This document shows, in pieces, positions 13,339 through 26,779 of a DNA stretch of 64,000 nucleotides (within the stretch, counting starts at the first letter, position 1; every line of letters begins with the position of its first letter). The position numbers and the translations under genes are program-made. The notes below the pieces were generated by a model. It was given only the letters and a program-made list of their open reading frames with translations, was not told the origin of the DNA and did not search any database. Origin of the DNA: Phaeosaccion multiseriatum (lineage: Eukaryota; Protista; Ochrophyta, other classes); NCBI GenBank assembly GCA_965112735.1, contig OZ218952.1, forward strand, positions 3,720,001 to 3,784,000, read 5' to 3'.

Positions 13339-16300
13339 TTACTCGAGCATGCAGCCTCCAGTCCACACAGGCTGCTTCATGCTCTTGAGAAGCTCCTTGG
13401 CAGGGCTGTGGGGCACACACACACACACACGCACACACACACATAAGAGCCAATTAGCTTCCATTCTCGCAGAGTTTCCTCGTTGCACCTTTCTCTTTTC
13501 TTCTCTCTCTCTCTCTCTCTCTCTGACTTGCCTCTCCCAGACACAGACACAAACACATGTATCTACCCATCGACCATACCCACACACACACCCACACACA
13601 CACACACCTACACACACACACACAACGTACCTGAACGGGGTGGCCCCTCCCTTCTTCCTGTGCTCCAGGAAGGCATCGACGACCGCCACAAGATCGGTCA
13701 TGTCTGAGATTACGCACTCGGCACCTCGCTTGTCCTCGGACCTTGAGAGCACAGAGAGGAGAGCGGGAGGAGGAGGAGGAGGAGGAGGAGGAGGAGGAGG
13801 AGGAGTCAGTCAATGAGGCAGGCATATGGGCAAGCTGTGGGCATGCGGGTAAAGGTAGGCAGTGACGCAGAAGAAGAGCGCCAAGTGACGCAATTGGTGG
13901 TTCGGTCCTTACCTGTCCCCCGACATGAGCATCTTGGCGTGTTCGTCAGCCTTGTCATCTGTGATATGGCTGGCACCGACGTAACCGACAATGAGCCCTG
14001 TCGTGTCATGTGTGACAAGTGGTGCGATGCGAAGGGAAGGGAAGGAAGGGAAGGGAACAGCAACATGTGCCAACGTTAAAGAGACAAGAGAAAGAAAAGA
14101 GAGGGAGAGAGACAGAGACGAGAACGAGAAACGAGAAGGAGGGGTAGTGGTGGCAGAGGAGGTTGTGTGTGCTGCTGGTGTGCTTGAGCCTGCTTGAGCC
14201 TGAGTCTGAGGCTGGTACCCTGGTACCGAGCTCACTCTCGCCTGGCCTTGATCCGTGCCTGAACTCACTCCCGAGAGTCTGTCCGCCTTGTCTTGGATTC
14301 CCTCTTGGCTTGTCTTGCCTCACTCTCACTCTCGCCTTGCCCCTCTCTCGCCCAGTACTGTCTCACTCTCGCCTTGGTTGGACTCAGTACTCACCGACTT
14401 TGGCGTTGGCTGCAGATCCCACTCCGGAGCCGCTGTCCTCCACGGCAATGCAGTCGCAGGGAGGCTTTCCCTCTGTCTCTGCGGCCTTGAGGTACCTGTG
14501 GTGGAGAGGAGGGGAGAGGGGAGGGGAGAGGGGAGGGGGAGAGTCAAGTGGATAAGAGGCGAGAGATTGATGTACATGTACTATGAATGTTATATATATC
14601 ATGTATATCATATATATATATATCATATATATGATATTTATATGTATGTTTTTTTTTTTTGTGTATGTATGTATACTGTGTATGTGTGAGCGTGTGTGTG
14701 TACGTGCGTGTGTACGGTGAGCGCGTGTTTGTGTGCGTGTGGTATGTGTGAGTGTGTATGAGTGTGTGTGTGCGTGCGTGTGTATGTGTGTGTATGTGTG
14801 CAATGTGTGTGCAATGTATGTATGTGTGTGCAACTGCAAGGATCCTACTACACTACACGCACTCGGCACTCACACGGACGGGTTCGGCTTGAAGCGGGGA
14901 GGGTCAAAGTCGCTCTCTCCGCTGTGCACCTTGGCGGCAGGGAAGTACTCGTCCAGCCCACACGCCTAAGCACGCGTAATTACGTGTGTGAGAGAGAGAG
15001 AGATTGGATTATAAGAGAGGGTTTGGTGGGGAAAAGCGAGCAGAGGAGAGTGAGGGGAAGCGATCGTGATGCGATGTGATGGAATGTAAGGCGGCGGTAT
15101 AGCAGCGCATCGGCTCCCATCTTTTTCATTCTCCAACTCACACTGACTCACACAAACACCCACCCACCCACACCCACACAACCACACACGCACTCACAGT
15201 GATGGATGCCGGTACCCTGGGCTTGGGCGAGGTGGTGGAGATGCAGAAGGGAACCTTCTTGTCCGTAAGGGTCTTAAGGACCTCGGGGATGCCCGGGCAG
15301 GGCCTGGCCACGCGGCTCAGGGCCTCCACCGTCTCGATCTTCTGCTGCTGCAAGAGGGTGGGGTAGTTTCCGCCCTGCTCGTTGGGGGGCACAAGAGTAA
15401 TAATGTAATATATATATAAATATACAAATACATAAATAGCATAACGTTGTTTTTGCAAGGAGGAGGATGGGAGAAGAAGGGATGAGGAGGAAGCGGAAGG
15501 GAATGAATTTCACGAAATGCAGTAGGTGGGTATGCATCGTTATCACCAAGGAGCCAAGTTGAGAGTGTCCGGACAGCCTCGACAGATGCGAGTGGGGTAG
15601 CGCGAATAAAATGGTCATCATGGACTAAGCACACATGTAAAACATACGGGGGAAGAACATACATCAAATTAAATTCCTCTGCTCCGCCCTCCCTCCTCCC
15701 CCCCCCCCTTCCTGCCTCCAACTCACCCCCTCTGCTCGGAGCTCAGCGAAAGTCTTGAGGCCAAACTCTTGGCGGTACTTGTCAACCACTGCGATGTCCT
15801 TCTCGCTCTCCTTCTGGCCTACACACAATGCAGAGAGGCGGAAGGAGGGAGAGATCAAGACACAGAGAGACAGAAGAGAAAGAGAGAAGAGAGAGATACT
15901 TTAGAGGGCGATCGATCACTGTTAAGATAGTACGACACTGAGAAGTATGCTGCAGTCTCTCCTTGAGGATTTTGTGGTGTGCCGCTGTGCGCATATTCAG
16001 TTGAGCTAGACAGGTGGATACGTGGTGGGGATAAATTCACGCCCACAGGCAGCTCCTTACTTGCTCGAAGCTCCTCTGCGGTGCCCAGGCCCGCCGCCTT
16101 CCTATCCGCGTCACAGGCCTCGACCATCATCTCGAAGGCCTTGCCTGCATTGTTGCGCACGTACTCCGGAAGCTTGCTGGGCAGATCTTCGGAGGCTGGG
16201 GGAAGCAAATCACGGGGGAGAGTATGATAGAAAGGGTCATAGGGGAATGAGACAAAAAGGGAGGCTGCAGCATCTGCGAAGAGGCTATTATGGGCCTCAC

Positions 16301-16500
16301 ACTCAGGTTCTCTTCCCTTTCCTTCTCCTTCAGCTCTTCAGGGACAAAACAAAGGCGCTTCTGTTATTCGTACCGATGCCGGGCAAGTAGGGGGCGATTT
16401 CCCAGAAAGCCACCTTCATCGCAGGTGTCTCGGTATCTCCGACAGTTCCATCAAAGTCGAAGAGCACCGCTACTTCATCCACGGAGGTAGGGCAAGCCAT
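13339..16500 (-). CDS. HAD-superfamily hydrolase (HAD-IA / CbbY-like phosphatase), ~9 exons
   Basis: Motif I VLFDFDGTVGDTE, motif II ISTTS, motif III FKPNP and motif IV CIAVEDSGSG, joined by GT-AG introns. Confidence 0.9.
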
Positions 16501-16906
16501 GGTAAGGTAGAGAAGGAGGGAGGAAGGAGGAAGAGAAATGAAGATTAAAGGGGGGAATGAAGGAAAAAAATCGATATCGATTTCTTTCACAACTGCCTTG
16601 TCTTTCATAAAAAAAGAAAGAAGAGATCAAGATAGATTAAATCAGAGGAGCCAGAGGCAACAGCACAACGCAACGCCTCTGTGCAAGGCTGACGGGAAGG
16701 ACTTGCGCTGACTTCAGAAGCCAGGGGCGGTGATTCGGGCCGCAAATGAGAGGGGAGGGGTGCGCTTCAGGAGGAGACCGAGGAGGGCTGTAATAAAAGA
16801 GGGATGTCGGGAGTAGAGGGCTTGTATTGTCTGCTGGTGTATCATCGGGGTAAAGGGATTGGAGAGATCATCCTCTGAGCAAAGTGGTGACAGGAAAGAG
16901 GAGCAG

Positions 16907-18480
16907 ATGAGAGGAAGAGAAGCAGGACCGGGGCGACGGACGAGGCCAAGACCAACGGCAGAGGCAGAGCTCTATGGGCTTTCCGCCAGCCTCGGGGCGG
17001 CTGGCCAAGGCGGTGCTGCGGCTGGTACTGATCGCAGCACGCTCTTGCTCCGTTCGACGTGGGACGAAGGCTTGGAACCTCCTCCGGTCCGGCGTTCTCG
17101 CTCGCCTCTGGGCAACCGTCTGCCCTCACCAAAGGGGGTTGGGCCAGTTAAGTCACCCACAGCGGCGGCGTTGCAGCAGCAGAGGGAGAAGCAACAGAGG
17201 GAGGACTGGGGCGCTGAAGCGGCCGCCGAAGTTGCAGGCACGGCGGGAGCTTTTGCTGACGCCTCAGAGGAGGCTGATGAGCAAGGGCCGTGGGATGATG
17301 CCAGTGAAGGAGAAGACGAGTCGTACGCCTTTGTCAGCGTGAATGGGAGTGAAGACGTCGAGGAGGAGGGGGAGGGGTTGGAGCACGGGGATGATGATGA
17401 TGAGGAAGAGCGTCGCGTTTTGAAGGCACCGCACTTTGATGGGAGCAGTGAGTCCATGGAGGAAGGGGACGAGGAGACTGATCAAACATCTGCAGCAGCA
17501 GCAGCAGCAGCAGCAGCTAATGCAGCAGCAACAGCGGCAATACATGGGTCAAGGGTGTCGGCTCCAGTAGCAACAAGAGGAGGAGGAGGGGGAGGAGGAG
17601 GGGATGGGACCACTGAGGTACACAGCCCCATCAACAGGAGCTCGGCAGATCGAAGGGTTACCGAGTTCGGCTCCGGGTTGCAAGCGAGGCAGCATGCGCT
17701 AGCTGTAGTGGCTGCTGCCGTGGCGGCTGCGGACGATACTGCTGAGGAAGAGAAGAGCAGAACAAGTGGCCTTCTCCTGGCGCAGGAGCAGCAGCAAGAA
17801 GAGCAGGAGCAGAAGAGGAGGACCGCGCTGGAAGGAGAGGGCGAGGGCAAGACGAGGTGGAAGGAGAACGGGGAGGACGAGGAAGACGAGCACAAGAGGC
17901 AGCAAGGGCAGCCTGCCATAGAGGAGATGGAAGTGCAGTGGTGCGTAGAGCTGTCTTTGATGCATTCACTCGGCCGCGTGTGAGGATGCACGGACTTCCG
18001 TACTCCCTCCACTCACGCACTCACCACGTACTCCCACACTCGTCACGCACTCACCCACTCACCCACCTTTCCACTCACTCAGCCACCAACTCAATCACCC
18101 ACCCACTCACTCACAGACCCATCCGCTCCCCCATCCACGCACTCACCCACTCACCCACCAACCCACTCACCCCCCAACCCCCTGGCTTACTGCCCACCCA
18201 CTGACTTACTCCCTGCCTACAGGTGGTCGCCAGATGGAGCCACGTATACAGTGATGGAGAAGCTGCTGCAGCAGTACCGCCACAAGGTGGAGCAGCACGA
18301 GACCGATAGGGTGGGCATCATCGCCCGTTTGAAGGACATTGAAGTCAATCAGGCCGAGCTGCAGAGCCAGAGATGGGCCATACAGGAGAAGGTACGTCTT
18401 TCCGTTCTGTCTTTGAGTGGTCGCTCGCCCGCTTGGGTCACCCTGACCTGTGTGCCCATGTGCCTCCACCTCTCACCCCC

Positions 18481-18526
<46 letters not shown>

Positions 18527-19880
18527 TATCACCAACGGCTGCAGGACGAAGCAATCGTGGCTCTTAAGGACCGCGTCGATGACTTGGAGGGAGAGGTGAG
18601 TCAAGAGTCAAGGAGCCAGTGTGTGTGCGTGTGTGTGCGTGTGGGTGCGTGTGGGTGCAGAAGACTCCGGGTACAACAAATGAGGCGACGATGATGTCAT
18701 CTTCATCCTCCCTTCCCTACATGAATATTGATAGCTCTGCATCTAAGTACACCCTATCGTTCTCCCCCTCCCTCCCTCCCTCCTCCCTTCCTCTTTGCCT
18801 CCCTCAAGGTGTACCGCTCCATGACTTCCAACATCGCCCTCACGGGTCTGTTGGAGCGCTCTCGAGCCGACGTCGCCAGCTGTAATCGGCGCATCAACAT
18901 GCTCACTGACATGACGCAGCACGTGCAGCAGGAGGTCAAGTTCGTTAGGTGAGTGGGTGCGTGCGTGGGTGCGTTACTCTCCTCCTCCTCCTCCTCCTAA
19001 CCCCTCCTCCTCCTCCTCCTCCCACCCCTCCTCCTCCTCGTCCTCCTCCTTCTCCTCCTCCTCCTACTACTACTACTACTACTACTACTACTGCTGCTAC
19101 TTCTACTACTCCTCCTCCTTCTCCCCCTCCCCCCCCTCCTCTTCCTCCTCCTCCTCCTCCTCCTCCTCCTCGTACCTCTGATCCACTGCTCTTCCACTGC
19201 CATCCAGGGACTGCCGGCCTTCGTCGGTGGTGTCCCAGCGCCTTAAAGGCCCCATTTCCCCCCGGGGTAATACCAATGGAGTGGGCCCTCACCAACACTC
19301 CACCCAAGGAGAGACAGGAGGAGGAGGAGGGGGAGGAGGGGACAACAACCCCGCTGAGCCCTCTACGATGTACAAAAGCGAGGAGCCTCTCTCGCAAAGC
19401 CATGGGATGGCAACCAATGGTGGTGGTGGTGGGATGGCAGCGAATGGCGGTGGTGCTATGGCAGTAAATGGTGGTGGGGTGGAGCGGGGCGGGCAAGGTA
19501 TAGGCATCAGCGCCCCCCCCCCCTCCTCCTCCTCCTCCTCCTCCTCTCTCTTCCCCAAGAGCTCAGGGGCGATGGTGGCCAAGCCCTCCGTGCGGCGCTC
19601 CTCCACCATGATGATGTCATCACCGACGCACGCACACACACACAGAGGGGCCTTTCCCTCTTCAGGGCAAGAGCAGCAGCAGCACCACAACCAGCATGAT
19701 CAGCAGGACCACCACCACCAGCAGCAGCAGTCGTATGGGCAACAGCAGCAACAGCAGCAACAGCAGCAGGGAGGGTACGCTTCTTCAGTGACCTCCTCGG
19801 TAAGCCGATGCGAAGGGACGGAAGGCGAGAGGGGGGGGGAGTGAAGAGGGGAAGAAACCACAGGCATGCACGCACATACA

Positions 19881-19929
<49 letters not shown>

Positions 19930-22900
19930 TGCTCACTATTCCTCCCGCAACGCGAACATTCGTCACCTTCTGCCCCCCATACAGTCACTCTCGCTCTTCC
20001 TTCTGCCCGGCGCTTCTGTGATGTATCACCAACTGCTGTGTTCTGCACTCCCCCTCCCTTGCAGCAGCGCTCTCAGAGCTCTCATCGCAGGCGGAAGAGA
20101 CGTCCGGCAGATCAGCAGTTGGTGATACAGCAGCAACAGCAGGTGCGCTCAGCTCCGAAACCTCACACAGGACAGGCAACTGAAGGGGAGCCTCTTCCCG
20201 AACAGGGCCCCTCTGTCTGCCACTTCTCGTCCCTCTCCGCATCCTTCCCTCTCTACATCCTTCCTTCCTGCTTCTCGTCCTCTCCACATCCTTCCTTCCT
20301 GCCTCTCGTCCCTCTCCACATCCTTCCTTCCTGCTTCTCGTCCCTCTCCACATCCTTCCTTCCTGCCTCTCGTCCCTCTCCACATCCTTCCTTCCTGCCT
20401 CTCGTCCCTCTCCACATCCTTCCTTCCTGCCTCTCGTCCCTCTCCGCATCCTTCCTTCCTGCCTCTCGTCCCTCTCCACATCCTTCCTTCCTGCCTCTCG
20501 TCCCTCTCCACATCCTTCCTTCCTGCCTCTCGTCCCTCTCCACATCCTTCCTTCCTGCTTCTCGTCCCTCTCCACATCCTTCCTTCCTGCTTCTCGTCCC
20601 TCTCCACATCCTTCCTTCCTGCCTCTCGTCCCTCTCCACATCCTTTCTTCCTGCTTCTCGTCCCTCTCCACATCCTTCCTTCCTGCCTCTCGTCCTTCTC
20701 CACATCCTTCCTTCCTGCCTCTCTCTTCCTTCTTCTTTTCCTTTCTTCCTCCCTCCCTCCCTCCCCCCTGTGCTGTGCTGCTCTCTGTTGATTTCTGTAT
20801 GCTGCTAAACCCCCCTCCCCCCCCCCCCCTTGCGCTGTATACTGCAACCAATTAGGTGGTCCGGCTTGTATACCTGCCCTCTGAGCGCACCGACCAACTC
20901 ATGGCCCTCACCACCGCCCTCCAAAAGCAGCTCAAGGACCAGGAGGACCTTTCCAAAGCAAGACAGGCAAGTGCAAGAGCAAGGGCATAGGCCACACAGC
21001 ATGAGCAAGAGCAAGGGCAAAAGCCACACAGCAAGAGCAAGAGACACACAGCAAGAGCAAGAGCAAGAGCAAGAGACAAACAGCAAGAGCAAGAGCAAGA
21101 GACAAACAGCAAGAGCAAGAGCAAGAGACAAACAGCAAGAGCAAGAGCAAGAGACAAACAGCAAGAGCAAGAGCAAGAGACAAACAGCAAGAGCAAGAGC
21201 AAGAGACAAACAGCAAGAGCAAGAGCAAGAGACAAACAGCAAGAGCAAGAGCAAGAGACAAACAGCAAGAGCAAGAGCAAGAGACAAACAGCAAGAGCAA
21301 GAGCAAGAGACAAACAGCAAGAGCAAGAGCAAGAGACAAACACAAGAGCAAGAGCAAGAGACAAACACAAGAGCAAGAGCAAGAGACAAACACAAGAGCA
21401 AGCGAGGGCAAGAACAAGAGACACACAGCAAAAGCACAGTAGAGCAAACCAAAGCAAAGCAAGAGACGAGAGAGGGCTAATGGCCATGCGTACACGGCGT
21501 ATCTTCTTAACTCTCTTTCCTCTCCCTCCCCCCCCCCCTCCATCCACTGCCATCCTTCTCCTCCTCCTCCTTCTCCACCCACCCACTGCCGTCGGCTGCC
21601 ATCCCCCCCTCTCGTGACTCACTCACTCACTCACTCACTCACTCACTCACAGCTGGAGCTGATCCAAAGCCGCTCTTCGATGGAGCGCTCTCTTCGAGAC
21701 CAAGTCGGCCGCGCCACAGAGAAGCTCAACTTGTACGTTGAGGCCACTCAGGCTCTGGAGACAAAGCTCAGCGCACTCACGAAAGGTACGTAGTGCACCA
21801 GGTCACTTCGTTCACCCACGATACTAAGCGCTGGCGTATTAACTGACATACAATTCACGGACCTGCTTGAGTACCACCCCCTGCTGTTGGCCGGCTCTCC
21901 TGAGCTTTGCCCTGTCCCTTCCTGTCGTCCTTCCTCTTCCCCCTGCTCCCCCCCCCCCCGCCTCCTTTCTTTCTCATTCTTCATTTCTCTCGGCCAACCC
22001 CCCTTTCTCTCTGTGTACCCCCCTCTCTCTCTCTCCATCCTTCCCTCCCGATGGCCCTGAACGGATGGCTCTGAATGACAGACTACTTGTTGCAGGCCCA
22101 GGCCCAGCAGCGGCTAGAGAGGCAGCTGTCTGAAAGCGAACTCAAGCACTCACAGGTGAGAAAAGATGAAAACACCTACCTTGGTCGAGTAAAGAGCTCT
22201 GGAGCGCATTTGTATCGATGTGCTCGGCCTTTGTTCTTCCCTCTCAGCTCTCTCTTTCCCTCTCTCTCTCTCCTCTCTTGTGCTTTGTACACACACATCC
22301 ATCCATACTGGGACTCCCATTGTCGAACGATGCGAAGCGTCTGATGGTGGTCAAGAAGGAGTGCGAGCAGTCTCTGAGGGAGATGAGTGCCCGAAACGCC
22401 TCTCAGCATCAAGGCAACTTGGCCCTTGCCGCAGCCTTGGAAGTGAAGGAAGGACGCATCCAAATGCTCAACGATCAAAGCCGAGAGAGCAAGCAGCTCT
22501 ACGAGAAGCGAGCAAAGGACCTCAGTAAACAGCTTCTATGTACGTACGCGCGCGCGTGTGTGTATGTGCGTGCGTGCGTGCGTGCGTGTGTATGGATGGC
22601 ATCCGTAGACGTGGTGTGGGATAATGGTATGGGCGTGGGTCCCTTATTTTCTTTCCTCCCTCCTCCCCTCGCGGAGCATCCCTCCTCCATCTGCTCTGCT
22701 CTACTCTTACTATACTCTACTCTGCTCTACCCTCCTTCCCCCCTCCCCCCAGCCGCTCGCTCCAAGCTCAAGGCCGAGCAGCGGCGCCGCCTTCTCGACA
22801 CAGAGGGCTACATGCGCGATGTTCACGCTCTTAAGGCCGCCGTCAGAGGCATGGAGGCCACGCACGCACCCGCGCACGCACACACACACGTGCACACAGG

Positions 22901-23521
22901 CTGGACCACTCTACGGGCCGGAGCAGGGGCAGGGGCACCAGTTGGTGATGCGGCATCAGCAGCACGCCCACCACCGCCGCCTCCGGGCAGGAGGGACAGC
23001 GGCAGCATCGGGAGTAGAGACAGGGGGCAGCGGCAGCAGCAGCGAAGTAGGGGTGGCGTCATGGGGGGGGGTTCGTACGATGAGGAAGAAGAGGATGAGT
23101 ATGATGACGATGAGAGTGATGATGATGATGATGATGATGATAATGATGATGATGAGGAGGAGGAGGAGCGGCGGCGGCAGCAGCAGCAGCAGCAGCATCC
23201 GTTCGCTCGAAGTGAGCAGCTGGAGAGAGAAGTGTCCGAGCTGAAATACAGACTGTCCGTGCTCAAGGGTGGGGCAGCAGAGGGGGCAAGCAAAGGAGCA
23301 AGAGGGAGAGCTTCCACTGCTGCTACCGCAGGGCCTGGGTATGGGCCTGCTGCTGCCCCTTCGAAGGTTGCGGGCAAGGGCAGACGGAAGAACGTTGACG
23401 GCGGTAGAGGAGCAGCAGCAGTTGGTGATACAGCAGTCTGTAGGGGCACAAGCAGCCTCCGTGGTGCGAGGCCAATGCAGCAGAGTCGACTGGCGGTGCA
23501 CCAGCAGCAGCAGTTGGTGAT

Positions 23522-23553
<32 letters not shown>

Positions 23554-23738
23554 GGACTGAAGGGCGGAGGACGAGAGTGGGCGACAGGAGAGCGGCAACG
23601 GCGGCAGCAGCAGGGGCAGCCGTTGGTGATACACGAGGAGCGTTTGCTGGTGCCGGTTATTATAGTAGTCCGAGCAGAAGAGGCGGAGGAGGAGGAGGAG
23701 GACAGGTGGGTAAAGCGAGGAGAAGGACATCTTCCTGA
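16907..23738 (+). CDS. CCDC77-like coiled-coil (centriolar/ciliary) protein with long low-complexity termini; multi-exon
   Basis: Spliced segments KLLQQYRHKVEQHE...QSQRWAIQEK/DEAIVALK, QEVKFVR/DCRP, VVRLVYLPSERTDQL and RRRLLDTEGYMRDV resemble CCDC77 blocks as I recall them. The start codon is uncertain. Confidence 0.65.
20225..20722. repeat. Intronic minisatellite, ~33-bp unit CCTCTCGTCCCTCTCCACATCCTTCCTTCCTG(C), ~15 copies
   Basis: Tandem array visible in the intron between exon 20065-20142 and the exon ending at 20966. Confidence 0.92.
21000..21425. repeat. Intronic minisatellite, 26-bp unit AAGAGCAAGAGCAAGAGACAAACAGC, roughly 14-15 copies
   Basis: Tandem array just after the GC donor at 20967. 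Confidence 0.92.
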
Positions 23739-23825
23739 AGCAAGCGTGTGCTCGTTCCTCTAAGATTGCTTCATATTACAATCATTTACATTTTTAAAAA
23801 TACAATTCAAAGTAAATCATTTCTC

Positions 23826-26503
23826 TCAGGACTTGGCAGCGGTCTTTCTCTTCTTGCCTGCACTCCCCCCGGCGCTTGCTGATGGCTGTGCAGCGGCTCT
23901 CTTCTTCGACTTCGCCTTCGCTCCTCCTCCTCCTCCTCCTCCTCCTGCTGCTGCTGCTGCTGCTGCCTCTTTGGCACTTTTGGATCTATTGAAAGTGAGT
24001 GTTGTGGCTCCCTTCTTATCCTCCTTCTCTGCGCTGAAGGTGTAGCCTTCGATATCGAAACCTTTTAGCCCCTCCACCGTTTTCAATCGGTTTTGGATAA
24101 TGTAGCGAGACATCTGAGGGAGAAAAAGAGAGAGAGAGAAAGATAGAGACAGAAGGAGAGGGAAAGAGGGAGAGGGAAAGAGGGAGAGAGAGACATGGAG
24201 AGGGAAAGAGGGAGAGAGAGGGGGTCGTTGTAGAGGAGGGTGGTGAAGAAGCCATGCGCACTTCTCAAGCCGCCCTTTACCCCTCGCCCCTTCCTTCCTT
24301 CCTTCCCCATTTCCCCACCTTCCCTTCCTCTCCTCCCTCCTTCCTATCCACCGCCATCCCCCTCAGCAGTCCGCTTTCTCTGTACCACCAGCTCGCTCAC
24401 CAGTCCTCTTGCTCTCTTGGCGAAGACGGACACGACCCGTCCATCGTCTTTAAACTCACAGTGCACCACCTTCGCGCCCTTGACTTTGTCGGAGAGGACG
24501 TCCAGATCAACACTCTGCGGAGAGGAGAGGAGAGGAGAGGAGGAGAATGGAGGTGGATGCATGTCATGTACAGGGGGGTGTCTAGTCAAACCGAAACATC
24601 CACCGCCATCCATCAAGGGTAACATGTGAATTAAGCGTACGCACCCCATAACAGGACATAATACCCTTCTTTGCCATTCATCATCTTCACACACTCCACC
24701 TCTATCCACCATGCGTATGCGCCATTCGTACACACACTTTCATGCTTGTGAACTTACCTTGCTGTACTCCTGGCTCGCTAGGTTGACGACGAGGCGTTCC
24801 CCTGCCCCCTCGGATACGTCTCCCTCCTCTGCCTGCGGTCGGGAGGGGATACAGAGGTTGAGGAATGTAGAACAAGTTGAAGCCTTTTGTGTACTGTGAC
24901 AGTCAAACACTCTCGGGGGCTGGAGCACATACGCACACACACACACATGTGCACACACGTACCTTTTCGAGTCTTCCCGCCAAATGTTCTGTAACGTCCT
25001 CCCTCCAGTGGCCGTACAGGTCCTTGCTCTCCCCCACAGGAAGTTTTGTACCCATCTCCAAGCGATAGGGCTTAAGCGGAATCGGGGGGGGGGGGGGGGA
25101 GGTGGCAGTGGACGCGGAGGGGGTGAAGAGGGGAGGAGGGGAGGGGTGAGGTGGGGAGGAGGTGAGGGGAGGAGGGGACGAAGGGGGGGGGGGATTTAAA
25201 CCAGGCTGAGTTCAAACTTGTCAGCTCCTCAGCCGGTAAGGAGCGGTGTGCGCGTTACGTTAGCAGAGGTGGTAGAGGTGCGAATGAATTGATGCCCCGC
25301 CCATCACAGAGGTGGGAATGAATGATGCCAGCAGGCCAGACACTTGCTTGCTTACCTGCATGAGATCTTTCAGTAGGCAAGCGTAGCAAGGGTTGATGCA
25401 GCAGGATGGTGGATGATGCACCAAGGAGGGGCGAATACGGGTTGGTTAGCGCTCAAGAGAGAGAGAGAGAGAACGAGCGAGAGAGGGGCACGGTACAGTC
25501 CATGGCAAGGCCCAACGCGACTGAATACCCTGCTCGCTCTTCCGCTGCCATGCTGTGCCATATCCCTTCCCTCCTTCCTTCCTTCCCTCCCTCTCTCCCC
25601 TCCCCTCCCTCCATTCTTCCTTCCTTCCTTCCTCCCTCCATCCATCCTTCCTTCCTCCCTTCCCTTCCCTTCCTTCCTTCCTTCCTTCCTTGCTTGCTTG
25701 CTTGCTTGCTTCCTTCCTTCCTTCCTTCCTTCCTTCCTTCCTTCCCACTTACCGAGAGGTCTCAGCACCCCGTAGAGGCCGCATAGAATGCACAGAGAGC
25801 TCTGCCCACTTGCCCAGTCCTCAGCCGACCACGACAGAGAGTCCAGCCCCTTGTACGCCGGTCCATCAAAGGCCAAGGCCGAAGGGCGGTAGGGGAAGCT
25901 GCTCTGCTCCTCCGCGCTCTGGTGCGCCAAGGTAGAGAGATCCAGCGCGGTAGCATCGGCAGACAGGTGCATTGTATCGAACCTGGAGCCCACAATAAGG
26001 GGGGGGGGCGTGTACCAGAGTCGAGTGAGGGAAAAGGGCAGGGGTTAAATGTTGGCTCGCAAGCAACCCCCCCCCCCCCCGGCCAGGAGTGCTATCTCCC
26101 TACTGCTTTACCACCTGTCTTTATTCAGCTTCGCCAGGTTGTCGCTGACTCCCATTAGCGCCTAATGTAAGAGGGACGAGACAGGTGAAAGCAAAAGGGA
26201 GAGAGAGAGAGAGAGAGAGATAGAGAGAGAGAGAAAGAATGTGATAAGAAGCATCGAGGAGAGTGGGTGAGGAGAGGATACAACCCCCCCCCCCTTTCCC
26301 GTCCTCCCCCTTCCCCACTTCACCTTGATTTGCGCTTGACTCTTGCGCTTCATAATAGAGATGAGAGGGTCTGCTCTTGGCAAGAGAGCCGGGTGGGCAA
26401 GCTGGGCCAGTACCGCAGTCGCGACGGAGGCCGAGAGGGAAGAGGGAAGGAGCGAGGCTCCCCACGATAGCGTCTTGGCGGGGCTGAGCAGAATAAGAAC
26501 CAT
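23826..26503 (-). CDS. yaaA: YaaA/UPF0246 (DUF328) peroxide-stress DNA-binding protein, multi-exon with an 11-nt microexon
   Basis: MVLILLSPAKTL, LMGVSDNLAKLN, AFDGPAYKGLD, LCGLYGVLRPL/DLMQ/PYRLEMG, VNLASQEYSK and FAKRARGL/MSRYII are YaaA blocks. Confidence 0.9.
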
Positions 26504-26779
26504 TCTTTATTAATTTCCCCCCCCTTCTCCTCTCCCTCCTTCTGCAGCCAACTGTTGGCGCTGGATGACCAACTTTCCCCCCTCTTTCCTCCTTTTCCCC
26601 CCCTTTTCCCCCACTCTCCTCTCTCCACTTGGCTATATCTTGGCCCCGCCGCCTCCGTTACTGAACGTCTCGCTTCCCATTTTTGCTGCAAGAGCAGCAG
26701 CAGCACGCGTGTCCAAGGCGGAGTACGAGACAAGTGGTGTGAAAGGAAGGTTTTCGGAAGATCGGGAAGATATCAAGCT

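Noticed and set aside
19985-21622. Multiple 200-290 aa ORFs on both strands
   Set aside because: They are translations of two intronic minisatellites that lack stop codons.
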